Source: Amphiscolops sp. MND2022
Lineage: Eukaryota
Direction: 5' to 3'
DNA length: 64,000 nt
NCBI GenBank assembly: GCA_964187785.1
Contig: OZ076409.1
Location: forward strand, 56,980,001-57,044,000
The notes beneath the pieces were generated by a model. The model saw only the letters and a program-made list of their open reading frames with translations, did no database searches and was not told the DNA's origin. Position numbers and translations under genes: made by a program. Position 1 is the stretch's first letter; each line of letters begins with the position of its first letter. Positions 1 to 12,677 of this stretch are shown here, piece after piece.

Positions 1-9
1 AGCGACCAA

Positions 10-1350
10 ATGCATAATAACATGAAAACAGCATCAGGAAGTACCGAATATCAAACTGCTATTTCGTCAATGCTTGGCGCAAAACGCTCAATGCTACCCC
101 ATAGTAACGACCAATTACGGCCATTGGCCTCTAGCACGCAAAGGAAGACAATCTCGAGAAGGAACCTGAACACTGGAACGGTGGAAGGAGCTGCCAAGGA
201 CAAGGACAATGCTCCGAACGCTATACACAGCCAAGCGTTGGCGGAAGCAATAACCACTGCGATGTCCAAGGGTCTGGAGCCATTATTAGCAGCTAAAGAA
301 TCTAAGAACAAACCTACCAAGTATCGTCGCACACGCGATGGAATAGTGGATGGTTGGCTAATGCTGTTGAGGCGTTACCTGGAAAAAGCCCATGCAAAAG
401 ACACTCCTTTAGACAGAGCATGGACCATTGTGGAGTTCCTAGAAAATGAAGCACAGGACTATATTAAGAATAAATCAGAAGCGGAACGCGATACTGATGA
501 AAAAGTCTTCGCGCTGCTAGCACGAAGATTTGGATCAGGATGTAATAAGATCCAAATACAACAACAGTTCCGTACACGTAATCAGTCCCCGGATGAAGAC
601 TACATGCAATACCTTGACGCATTGGAAGGTTTACGCAGCCAAGGTTTTCTTAACGAGGAAGTTGCGGTGAGGCGCTATGAAATTATGCAGAAGTTCATCG
701 AAGGGGTACGAAGCTATGAGTTGAAACGAAACCTTGCACTCATGTATGCACAGGAACAGTATGTAGACACACCCCAAACTGTGGAGGCCTTACGATTCAC
801 GGTACAACAATACCTGCGTATGCGTGATTCGACACGTTCGGAAAATTATCCTGCACCACAACAACAACAACAGCTGCCTGTCGCAGCGAACCCGCAAAAC
901 CAAGCACAGGCACAAGCCCCTCAAGCGCCCAACGCCCAGCAACTCCCACAGCAGCCTCCAGCTTTCCGACAACAACCGCAGCGAACATGTTTCAACTGTG
1001 GAGATCCTTCACACTTTGCAGCTGATTGTCCGTTGAAAGACCGAGCACGGAAACCAGTACAGCACATAGTCAATTCGTGTCGCACGAACACAGCTGGAGA
1101 ATGGGTGTGCCCATCGAACCCACGCGGCATGAATGATGACTTAATGCCCGCAACCCTACCAGAACAAGGAACATCAGCATTTTGTGTTAATTGTGGTCAT
1201 GTAGGCCACGTGGCATCTGATTGTATGACGCCTCACAATGTTGCAACGGAAGAACAAGTAAAAGCGGCGTGGTACGCCCCGGTCGCAAACTCAACAGACT
1301 TTTGCGATTCAGAGGATCAAATAAGGGTGATCTCGACTTCAGAAGACGGA
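10..1350 (+). pseudogene. gag: Gag (capsid-like region, Gln/Pro-rich linker, two CCHC zinc knuckles)
   Basis: CFNCGDPSHFAADC (~988-1029) and CVNCGHVGHVASDC (~1183-1224); capsid-like QQQFRTRNQSPDEDYMQYLDALEGL; true start may lie upstream of the window. Confidence 0.9.
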
Positions 1351-1789
1351 GGCCCATCACGTCCTGTGGTTGTAACTTGTGGTGAAAAACAAATCTTGAC
1401 GACACTTGAAGCACCAGCGCCTGACTGTACTGAAACACTAATATCCATCCATCTGTTGTTATCCGCGGAACAAAAGGCGCTTCCAAATCTCACATTAGCA
1501 CAATTGAAAGAAGAACTGTGCCGCAATACCAGTTTGACGATAGCTTCGCGACCACTACCCCACTTCACCAGGAATGATGAGACCAAGCTGGCCCAAATAA
1601 AGAGAGTGAAGACAATCGCGCCAGTCCCCGTAGCGATCACGGTTGATGGTGTGGACATGAGGTTTGATGCGGTTGTTGTCCTGGAAGGACACTTTCCGCA
1701 AGGCCTATATCTGGGCAGGCAAGAACTGCGTTGTTATAGCATTGGAGTGCAAGATGCACAAAGAGAGGCCCAGATTGATGAGCGAGCCT

Positions 1790-2130
1790 CGCTAGTAGTA
1801 GCATTCGGAACTCCTCTGCAAAAGCCGATACCACTTTTCGGCATGATTGAAACCGGTTCGGGAGTTTCCATCCTTTCATTGAGTGCGTACAAGAAGATTG
1901 CTTCCCAGCATACGCTGAGCCTATCACCATATGACGTTGAACTAACTCTTCGCTGCCAATGGCAAAAGTATCACCACCGTAGGTATAGCCGAAGATGTAA
2001 GCTTTCAGCTCGGCGGATACACTCTGAAGACCAACTTTGTAGTCATAGCCAATCATATTGGGTCAGAGGATTTCCTCCTGGGTCGCAATTTCTTGCGCAC
2101 ATACGACGTGTTGGTGGACCTGACAGCAAT
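1790..2130 (+). pseudogene. Retropepsin (aspartic protease), inactivated
   Basis: GMIETGSGVSIL (DTG>ETG at 1849-1857); 4-bp AACT duplication at ~1940-1947 shifts frame; continues AANGKSITTVG...DFLLGRNFL. Confidence 0.85.
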
Positions 2131-2680
2131 GAAAGTGACTATCCGCGATCCCAAAACACCTCGAATCTTTAAAGCCACTCATGAGGTAAGCGACCACGAA
2201 CCACCGTTTGTAGTTTCCACTGAAGACGTAATACTAGGTCCATTCGAAAGGAAGATTGTGCGCGCGAAAATCATCACGCAACAACCTGACATTTTCCTGT
2301 TTCGTAATGTAACGGTCCAGTCATGTAGCATAAAGTCCAGTTCTGTTTTTGTTTCAGAAGATACACTGATTTCTGTGGGAGAAGGAGGTATAGTATTTTT
2401 AGCCATCCGAAACCAAACTGATAAAGAACGGGTGAAAATCAAAGCACAAACTGTTATTGGCAAAGCGGCGCTTACCATTTTTGTATTGAACTCTGTTCTT
2501 ATGCAAACTGAAGGTGAAGCTTCGAAGCTTTCTGCCGAATATGTAAATCAAATACATAGAAACTTTGATTAGGACACCAGTTCAGAATTCAGTTCCTTTG
2601 CCCAAAACTTTTTATCTTCGACCGAACCGTCTGAGGCAGGTTTATCAGATAATGAAAAGCGCAAAAGGACAGATCCACAG

Positions 2681-4130
2681 TTGCTAAAAGCAATCCCAGG
2701 CCCTGATCTCTCTTCCGTCCTCTCTTCATGGGGGGAAGAGGCGAGAAACAAGTTAGAAACTATATTAAATGAGTATGAAGACCTATTCATGAAAAATAAG
2801 TCTGACATATGTAGGTGTAAGATTGCAAAGCACAAGATAGAGCTAGAGCCGGAGGCTATACCACACCGAGAAGGAGCTAGGCGAATGTCCCCTGATAAGG
2901 CGGCGAAAGCAAATCAGGAAGTGCAAAATTTGCTGGCCCTTGGTCTGATACAACCCTCCTACTCTCCGTGGGCCAGTGGCATAGTCATGGTGAAAAAGAA
3001 ATCAGGCGAGCTTCGCTTTTGCTGTGACTTCCGCCCGCTAAATGATGTAACAGTGAAGGACGCATTTCCACTACCCAGAATCGATGAAAGTCCCTCGAGG
3101 ATTGGGAATGCAAAGATCTTCACGAGCATCGAATTGGCGTGGGCCTTTTGGCAATTTCCACTGAAGAAGCGTGATCGCAGAAAAACGGCGTTCGCGTGTG
3201 AACTTGGCCTGTTTGAATGGCGGCGCATGCCCTTCCGGCTATGCAATGCATCGGCCACCTTTCAGCGATCGATCACGAGAGCTCTACAGAAGATCCAACA
3301 ACGACATGAAAGCGTTGTCATGGCATACATAGATGACATAGTGATTGCGACAGAAACCATTAAAGACGACTTGAAAAGAATCAAAGAAGTGTTCGAGTGT
3401 CTCAGAGAGGCAGGTTTCAATATGCGAGCAGAGAAATGTGACTTCATGCGAACTGAAACCAAGTACCTCGGAAGAGTATTCTCGGCCGAAGGCATTAAGC
3501 TTGACCCGGCTGCTGTTAGCAAAATCCTGGAATGGATGCCCCCCAGAAACAGAGAAGAATTACAGAGCTTCCTTGGATTTGCGAACTACTGCGAGATTTC
3601 ATTCCTTTTCATGCGGCTAAGGTGCAACCTATGCAGGAGTTGTGAAGGAAGAACCAACACTTCTACTGGAAAGAAAGACACCAAGAAGCGTTCGATGCAG
3701 TAAAGCAGGCATTGGTCGATGCCACAGCTTTGGCAGCGCCTAATGAAGAAAGACGTTTCGTTCTAGACACGGATGCCAGTGCAGTTGCTATAGCCGGCAT
3801 ACTACACCAAGAGCAACAATACAATGGGAAAACCATTCTTCGTCCTATTGTTTATAGCAGCAAGTCACTGACTAAAACACAAATGAATTATGGCGCCCCG
3901 AAGCTGGAAATGTATGCAGTATTCTATTTCATCGAGAAATTTCATTCCTACCTTGCAGGTCGGGAATTCACGCTGCGCGTGGACAACCAGGCTCTCTCGT
4001 GGCTGAAGACCTATTCAATGGATCAAGCCATGATTGGACCCTGGATTGCGCGCCTCGACCAATATCATTTCAAGACGATCCACAGACCGCGCACACAACA
4101 TAGAAATGTGGATGGTCTTAGCAAAAGGAC
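2681..4130 (+). pseudogene. pol: Reverse transcriptase and RNase H
   Basis: SPWASGIVMVKKK, RFCCDFRPLN, PLPRID, YIDD (3326-3337), FLGFANY; frameshift ~3590; RNase H LDTDAS, KLEMYAV, RVDNQAL; an in-frame TAG at 2570-2572 separates it from the upstream ORF. Confidence 0.95.
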
Positions 4131-4809
4131 CAATGACTACGTACATCGGGAGAAGATTGTGGAAACTCTACCAGAAGTGAGTAAGGGATTCAGCTTCATG
4201 CCTCAGAAAGACTACGAAGAACTCCCCACTGTGCCCTATATCGACAAACATGGAAAAGTTATTCCAAACCATCCAGAGCTTCAACCGGAAGCTCGAGCAC
4301 AACTTCCAGTGCTGTACATTTTGAAAGAGCCACCAAAAGAAGATCTAACCTCAGACCCGTCCTTGAGTTCCATACCATGGTACCCACAGGTGCAATGGGA
4401 AACAACTCCGACTACGAACGAAGACGACAGACCGAATTGTATCCTTAGCGTAACAACCAAAGTGCCGGCGGCACGTCTGGACACCACCCAACGTGACCCA
4501 GCACTGCATAGATTGCCTACGCAGTGTCAAGAACAAGCTGATGTCCCCAGGCCAGTCGGGACTGAGCTTCACGAGCATCAGTCAACAATGCACGGATTAA
4601 AAGATCTTCATCTAGCTCAAAACAGAGATGCACATCTGCTAGCGCTGAAGAAACTCATGAAGAACGAGCCATTAGAGGATACATTGTTCCCCGAAGACGT
4701 GCAGGACTTTGCCAAACGGTACTTTCACCAGAAGAAAGACTTACTGTTCCTGAATCAGAATGATATCTTGTGTATCAACTACATTCCGCAGCAACGCGCG
4801 ATGCACATA

Positions 4810-5880
4810 CGACCGTGTATGATCGTGATGCCCCAGCTATACCAACACGAAATCTTGTACAGAGCGCATGACGAGTCAGGACACCAAGGCGTTGGTAAAG
4901 TGTTGGCAAGAATCCAGGAGCGCCACACTTGGCCAGGCATCAAACGTGATGTTGTCAATCATATCAAGCACTGCTTAACATGCCAACAAACGAAACATCC
5001 CGCTGGGAATCCATGTTATCCGTTACAAAGTATCAACAGCAGCAATTTCGATGACCTGGTGCAGTTCGACCATTCGAAGTTATGCAAAACAACGTCAGGA
5101 AATAATGGATTGCTAGTCATCATCGACCATTTCTCTAATTTTGCAGAGGCAATCCCATGTGCACACGACGAATATGACGCCCAGACGACTGCAAAGATTA
5201 TCCTGAACAAATGGTTTGCAAGACACGGCACTCCTGCCAGGATGCAATCAGACAATGCCACCAACTTTACTGCTGAGATTGCTCAAGAACTGATGAAAGC
5301 TTCGCAAGTAACCAAAATAACGTCTACTCCAGCTCATCCGAGAGGCAATGGTTTAGTGGAACGTCAAAACCGAACATTACTGACCTTGCTCCGAGTCTAT
5401 ACGTCTCGAAGAATGCTTGACTGGGATGAACACATAGACGGAGTCTTGGGTGCCTATAATTCAACCAGACATGCAACGACCGGATTTTCCCCGTATATGC
5501 TCCAACATGGCGCAGAAAAATCCATTCCACTCTCGTTTATATACCCAGAATTCGCAGCGCGAGAGTTTGAGTCCAAAGAAGAATTTGTGGAGCACCTACT
5601 TGCTCGACAACAAGAAATCCACGAACTTGTTCGCCGAAACACACAACAGGCGGAAATACGACAAAAACAGAAGTTCGACAAGCATTTGAAAGCAAAAGCT
5701 CACGCGGTGGGTGATGCTGTTTGGGTTTTCTGCCACATAATTCCTAAAGGTGGCACCCGCAAACTCCTTCGTGCCTGGCGTGGACCTCACAAGATTACAG
5801 ATGTTTTACAAGATGGAAGATTATACGTTTTGGATACAGGACAAAAGGTTCACTTCGAACGCCTGAAGAAGCATGTGCCC
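4810..5880 (+). CDS. pol: Integrase (within ORF 3712-7104)
   Basis: HHCC (HDESGH...CLTC), DDE core (QFDH, SDNA, LVERQN) and GPY/F-like WRGPHKI. Confidence 0.95.
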
Positions 5881-7076
5881 GCGCCGTGGGATTGGGCGGC
5901 ACATCAACCCTTTGGGTTAGACCAGAATGTTGCCATCATCGCAGACCCATACGTGGAGGAAAGTAATGAGGAAATAACGTCAGACATATCACGTGACTCA
6001 TTTCTTCCAGAACAACTGCCACAGGCATCATTCGAGATGGAACCGACCGCGCCCGTTGCCCCGAGCACGATTCAAACGCGTACTCAGTCTGCTTTGGAAC
6101 GGGGAATCCCTCGAAGACGATTCAGCCATTTTGGATACCCTTCTGAGTCGGAATCCGACCAAGAACAAATGGGTCAACCCATCGAAGAGCCACAACAACC
6201 AATGATTCACCCTGATATCGATGATTTGGAACCACTGTATTCAGATCAAGAGGAAGTCAGGCCAGAACCTACACCAAGTCTGATACCCTCGCCATCAGGA
6301 ACATCAGCACCATTGTTCTCGAACCCAGCTTTAACCGACACATTGAGCAATTTTCCACTTATCAGTTCTCGAGCTGGTAGCTCGGCAGGACTACAAACTA
6401 TCGAGGAACCCGAACCCCAAGAAAGAACTGACAAAGAAATTCCAGAACCCGGACACAGCATGGAAACATCGCCATCATCGGGGAGAACCGCGAGTAGAAG
6501 AGGCATGCCAAGAGGCAGACCTCCAGATCGTAGAAGAGGAAGTGCCAACTCATCAAGCAGAGCACTTGCAAACACGCACCGACCGTACACCAGATCGGGA
6601 GGCAGATTGCGAACCAGAGCACAATCTCAAACCTTGGAACGTGCAATGACACTACCCAACATTGCAGAAAAATTATCATCAGAACAACCAGAAGCGGAAC
6701 AAACAACAACCTCACGAGCACCACCCTATTTGCTGCGACGCAATAGAACTCCTAGATATCGCTGCGGAACATGTGGTTCCCGTAACTTTAGTTGCGTCAA
6801 CCTAATTAATGGAAAACCACCGGACAAGCGATTGGCCCGGGGAGTAGACGCTCCTGCCCCAGACACAGCTGTTACTGAAACAACGGAAGACCACATACAA
6901 CATATCCGAAACATACAAGCAAAGGACCAAGAGGTTCCACAAGTACATCATGTTGTGATTACCGTGGAAAAGACCTATTCGAGCATTGGACCAGCCGTGG
7001 TCCCGCCCCTGGAAACCACACTAAAAGCCATGCAAGAAACATCTCGATCAGACTGCCCCAGCTACCGATTTAAGGA

Positions 7077-8198
7077 ATGGACATGCACAAAAAGAATGGA
7101 TTAGAATTCACGTTGACCGCAATCATACTCCCACTCCCACTATCGATGATGTTTGGAAGAATAGAACCAAGTGACACACGAATAGCAATGGTCCGCTGTA
7201 TCACCGCGCGAAGACTATGGCAGCAATATGGTGTAACCTCCCCTCCTGGAGATGTGTATCACCCAACGGCTGGTTGGTGGCTATTGGTCACCTCTTTGGA
7301 CGAAACATCACTAGTGACTCCAGGAACTTTACTGATTTGCTTGGAAAATTTGCGTACGCTTGTAGAGTTCGAGGATACCTTATGCTTCCATCTAGCAGAT
7401 ATTTATCGTGGGAAATTCCTCAGTCAACATTGGTTACAGCTACTAGCTATCACCTTTTGTCGCCAAGCCAAAATACGCCTGTTAGACAAACACACGTATA
7501 CATTCGAGAACCCAGTGACCGTGCTGGAAGCACTCTCCGTAGTTCACGATTGGTCTTGCACGAACTTGGGAGACAGACCTTTACGCAGAACAGTGTGGCA
7601 AGACCGTAAGGCCATTCTGGATCATTTCACACCAAGTCAAGACAATCAAAGCACAGTCACAGGAAAACTATTGACAACGCATCCGAAGATCAAACCGAAC
7701 TATCTATCATGGATTTATTACGAAGAAACTGACATTTTGCAAGCCAGAGGTACCGTAGTAATATGCTGTCCGGCAGATCTTCTGTCATATTCAGCAATGG
7801 CGCGCTACGTCATCAGGGAATATGGCCAGGAAGAAATTTTCCGACTACGCCCAGCCGTAGGAAAGGCTATTCACCTCACCAGATCACCCGCAACGCCGTG
7901 GAATAACGAAATGTTCCTGCTAATCACTAGAGCCTCTAGTAAACACCCCATTTTACATGATGTGCTACATCTGTGCCTGATAGATCTGGTGCAGAAGCTC
8001 ACACGAACATAAATCACCCGTATCCATCTTCCCATCTATGACCCTGAAAGATCAATCAACATGCTACCAGCTTGGTACTCAATGTTGAAAGATCATTTCA
8101 TTGATTCCAATACCGACATAGTCCTCCATGATAGGGTGTATGTATCAATTGCGTTAGTGAGGACACACCACAACCATGTAAAATCCAAATTTGATTGA
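7077..8198 (+). pseudogene. Tandem TARG1/OARD1(Poa1p)-like macrodomains, probably the original Pol C-terminus
   Basis: ORF 7077-8012 continues past one TAA (8010-8012) in frame to TGA 8196-8198; IYYEETDIL..VVICCPAD..GKAIHL..MFLLITR..ITRIHLP..FIDSNTDIVLH follows the TARG1 motif order; a more diverged repeat lies at ~7180-7490. Confidence 0.65.
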
Positions 8199-8389
8199 AT
8201 CACTGTGGCACAAAAAAAAACAAAAAAAATGGCAATAAGGGAGGCCACTCGTCCTATTCTTAGCATATGTGTTGTTTGAGTCAATCCCTGAACTAGGTTT
8301 TAACGTGAATTGTCGAATCTGTTTTATCTTTTTGTCTTTTAATGTTTATTATATCAATTGCATTCATCAGCAATAATATTTTAGCTCAA

Positions 8390-8418
8390 ATTGACGTCTG
8401 TTGTTTTCTTTTTTCTAG
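8390..8418 (+). promoter_or_regulatory. Candidate splice acceptor for a subgenomic ORF3 mRNA
   Basis: TTGAC branch-like motif, pyrimidine tract TTGTTTTCTTTTTTCT, then AG at 8417-8418, ~105 nt upstream of ATG 8524. Confidence 0.4.
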
Positions 8419-8523
8419 TTCAGTCCTGTCAATTCCCATGCACTTGACGCAGCCAGTCGTATATCATCATATTTGCAGTATATCCACCATAGTCATTTAT
8501 CAAAGGTGCTACCCATCTCTTTA

Positions 8524-11500
8524 ATGAATCAATCGGCTAGAACCCGCATGCCAGCTCCATCAACAACAAGCTCGCAACCGAGCACCAGCAGAATGGACCA
8601 ATCACAACCGCCGACGATTGCCACGCAAGAAACTCCCGTGTCCTCGCTGCCTGTCGAAGCATCTCAAACCAGAATTGACCAGCTTGGTCTGGTTCAATCG
8701 ACCCTACAAGAGGCCCCTTCTTCATCACTGGTGACCGGGATAGCCATACTAATCGCTCAAATGCAATCTCTCGAAATACATCCGGACCTTACCCTCTCCA
8801 TATCAATTGGAATTGGATCTTACCGCAGAACTGCGGAATTCCACAATGGCGAGTGGCAAGGTCACGATCTCACCCACCATTTTGATGACCACAGATCGCA
8901 CCTCAGATATGGCGAGCCTAATAGGCCTCCCATGGAGCAGCAACGACGTCTTCAAACGAACCTGACGCAAGCACCTGCAATATCGTCGATAACTGCCCCC
9001 GAGAGCGCCCGCGACTGTCAATCAACGCAACCACCGCCTACACAGCAATTCACATGCCTTTTGCCAACAATGCTTCCGCAGATATTGACGCTCCCACCAT
9101 CATCCGCCCCAATTAGTGTCAGGCGCCTGGAAGAGAACAACAAACTCATGCTCCCTTCTTCTTTCAGGGGGGAAGAGGTAGAAGGAGCGCACACGAGCGC
9201 GCAGAACGCTGAAGATGCCACCCAAAATACAAGCCAAAGACCGAGAACCATAATGATGCGGAACCCGCCCGACGTGCCCATCATGACAGATATGATCGAA
9301 TTTCAAGACTCTTACGATGCCTTGCTACCTTCAACGTCGCAGGACCCACATAACCTAATAGGTTTTCAGGCCGACCCAGAACGCCAAGAACAACAAAAAA
9401 AGCAAGAACTAGCAGAAAGGCAAGCAGCCAAGGCCCCTATCGATCTCCGCGACGTATTGAATCGAAAGGAACAAAGCAAGATCGAACAGCTAGTCCAAAA
9501 GAAAAGGGCCAGAGACTTAGCCAATTCGGATGCAACGAACTCCAGCCCGAATCCTTCCCCAGTGCAACAGCCGGAGCCTAGGCGAGTGCGATTCTCTAAT
9601 GAGCTCCTATCGCAGACAGAGGCACGACAGCTTGACATTGCTGCCAGAGACGCGGTGCGTCTGCAGCGAGAAGCGAAATCAGAGAATCCAGACTCAGAAT
9701 TGGATGTGCAGAAATTCGAAACAGCTACCAGTAAAGGAAACCCAGAGGATGTGGAGTACCTCGAAAAAGCAACGATCGGAATGCATTACTTGAGGCCCGT
9801 AAAGAAGCCAACACTCCTTCTGGACCGCATTCCTCCCTGGTTCGAGAGAGTAAGGGAGAATCTTCATAAAGACAAGTCATCATTGGTGAGACCACTCCCC
9901 TCCAAAGTAAAATTGGCCGTACAACGACCGGCAAGATACGATGACCAACTGATGAGAAGCCGTGATTTCATGAAGGACGTAACAACCTTGCTCCCCATGG
10001 GCAAAGAGATGTTGCAAAAGACAAGGATTGCCTTGTTCATGGACTCAACGATGAAAGCAACGGCGAACATGAACAACACCCTGATGGATGTTCGCGTGAT
10101 GAACTTGCCCTGCACATCGCTAGAGGAAATGGCCGAGGTGACCTGCAAGGTCTTCGGTCCCACCATCAACCACCAATCCCACCAACAATTCCATTCCCTC
10201 CGATCCTGATATATAGCAATATGATTGACCACTTGGCTCTTCGAGGAACGCTGAAGTACTTTGAAGGAGGCAACCGTAGACTGACGGAAGAATTGATGAC
10301 AGGAGAGGTAGTTGCGTACGTCGAAGCAATGAGGAATGTGATCAGGCGGGTGCAGCGAAAGAAGCCCGTCGTAGGGGTAGTCTTTGTGTCGCCCCCGGGA
10401 TACGTATACTTGCCTAAACCACTCCAGCAATTGTTGTGTCTAGTATCAGAAGCATCCTACTCACAGAATTTGTCATTCTACATAATAGCACCGAACCTGA
10501 GAGTGAGTGCCACAACCTGGCGTCCGGGTGAGAACTCTTATTCTGCATTTTTGGCGGAAATCTCGAAAGCCTTGCAGGCTTGTACCGGATACGAGGGCAA
10601 TTCTAAGTTGTTGGCCGATGATGCTACTGCCTTTGACTTTGGCATGCAAATGGCGCACCGCTCCTTTGATGAGAATGGGGTACGCCGAGTCAAGGAGCCT
10701 AATGAAAAGGAACGGGCAAACATGATTGACAACGGATGGTTTGAAAAGAGAGATGAGTCAACGCTAGATGAGAGGACGCACAACGCTAAATTCCACAAAG
10801 AACTGCTAGCTCTCTTCAAGAAGACAGAAGGAATAAAACAAACTCGGACCGACGCGACCGTTTTTCCAGTGGCGATACAAGCGATCGACGCAAAGTCCAA
10901 CATGGTTTCCCCCACCCTGGTATTGTTAACAGTTTTAGCTCAGAAGACACCGCAAGAAAACCGAATGAACCCAGAGCATTCTTACCAATCTTGGTATGAG
11001 ACGCTGCAGGTGACCTTGAATGAAACAGCAGAAAGCCATGGAGTTCCCTTCCCCATATTCTTGTATAATATCTCGCTATTTTGGGTACCAACGATGGTGC
11101 AGCGTGAAAGCAGCTTAGATGAGCAGCAAGTTAGACTGTATGTTGAAGCAATGCAGAGGGCCACAATTGCTGAGATCCTGGCCTACCTGATGGCCGTTGG
11201 TCTAGGCGCCGTCTACAAGGGCCCAGTACACCTGGTGCAGAGGTTGGTCCTAGCTAAAGCCAACTCCTGTCTACTCAGTTTTCTCATATTCACCAAGAAC
11301 CAGCGGAATTGGATTAACGCCTTTCTAAACACTTTGGACCCTGCAGGCGCTTTGAAATTGCGCGCCCAGCTCGCCGAGAATATCCAAACACTATTGGCTT
11401 GGGTTTACTCAGCCTGGGTCAATGTCTCTGGTGTGATGAGCACTTTAGACGACGCGCTGAGTCAAAAACCCAATAGCAATAACCTGCCAGGTTTCCTATT

Positions 11501-12677
11501 CCCGTCGCAGATAGCCAGCCTCATGTTGGTAGAAACTGAAGACCTAGTCCCCATGATCGCACCCATAGTCTGGCCTATATTCGGTTCAATGATGGCCCTG
11601 AGATACCCTACACAGTCGCTTAGAGTTGCCGCAAAAGCACCTACATTATCTATTCTGCATTTCGTGGACCCTGAAGACGACGCCAGACAACCGAATTTTC
11701 AAATGCTAGTGGGCAACTTTGCCAACTTCCGACCACCAATGGCATAAACGATTATTAAAGACGAGAAACAGGTCGAGTACAATTTCAGTGCCCTGATCCG
11801 AGCCAGAGCGCGGTGCGCTGTTCCTATGTCGCTAGAACTTCATCCAGTAGAATGGTTGCACGCTCCTATAGAACCCAGCACTGGAGCATTGCAAGGCTTT
11901 GCCAGCTGGGATGAGCCAGGTATTCTCCAAGTACTAACCAATGCGGAACGACGTCTGGGTGGACGAAGAAAAGGCTCCACACCAGAAAGACTCCAGCATC
12001 GAATAATACAAGATATATCCCGAATGTACAACCCTCGAGTGACACCGCAAGCCGATACAGCCAAAATCCTGTCTGACACTACGCATTGGGCAGACCCGAC
12101 GATAGTGGACAGAATGATCTACCAAGGATTTCAAATTCTGAAGGCGACAATTCCGAAGATCGCAAGAGAACCCCATAGAAAGACCTTGCCCCTGAATGAA
12201 GAGAAGCCGAACAATCCAAAAATGGCCATGGAAATCTTCATGAGTCTGATAACCAAGCAGAGGGACGTAAGAAATACCGTATTTGACAGTTATTCAAATG
12301 CAATAGGGACTTTCAAGGAAATATTTTTCCGATATGGACGCCAAGACCTCGCAGACCAGCTGCCAGAACTAAGCCCAGCTGGCTCGACCTCAATGAGACA
12401 AGCAGCAGGGCACGAGGAGGTTTCTACTGCTGAAAATACATCAACTTCCGTGGTGTCAACCTCAAGTCGAATCAGCATTGCAATAGCTGCAGCACCAACC
12501 AACACCGATGTATCCATCCATGACCCTGAAACAGCTAACCCAACCACAGTCAACACCACCAATGTTACTTCCAATGATCAGACAGTGCCGCTAGAAGCTT
12601 TGGAAGTTACGCCCACGTCGTTGACGAGAACACTAGCAGCCGATATCGAATTAGAATTGAACGAACTACCTAGTTGA
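8524..12677 (+). pseudogene. ORF3 of element 1: ~1400-codon protein of unknown function with an SGNH-hydrolase-like segment
   Basis: ORFs 8473-10209, 10221-11747 and 11826-12677 join via one frameshift (~10170) and one in-frame TAA (11745-11747); may have extended to TGA 12773-12775 via another frameshift. Confidence 0.75.

Noticed and set aside
51..12574. Numerous antisense and alternate-frame ORFs over element 1 (also 48128-48802 over element 2)
   Set aside because: Shadows of the long sense ORFs, with no independent motifs
8524..12677. ORF3 as a retroviral or errantiviral env
   Set aside because: No N-terminal signal peptide, no clear furin site plus fusion peptide, few Cys, and a hydrophilic C-terminus
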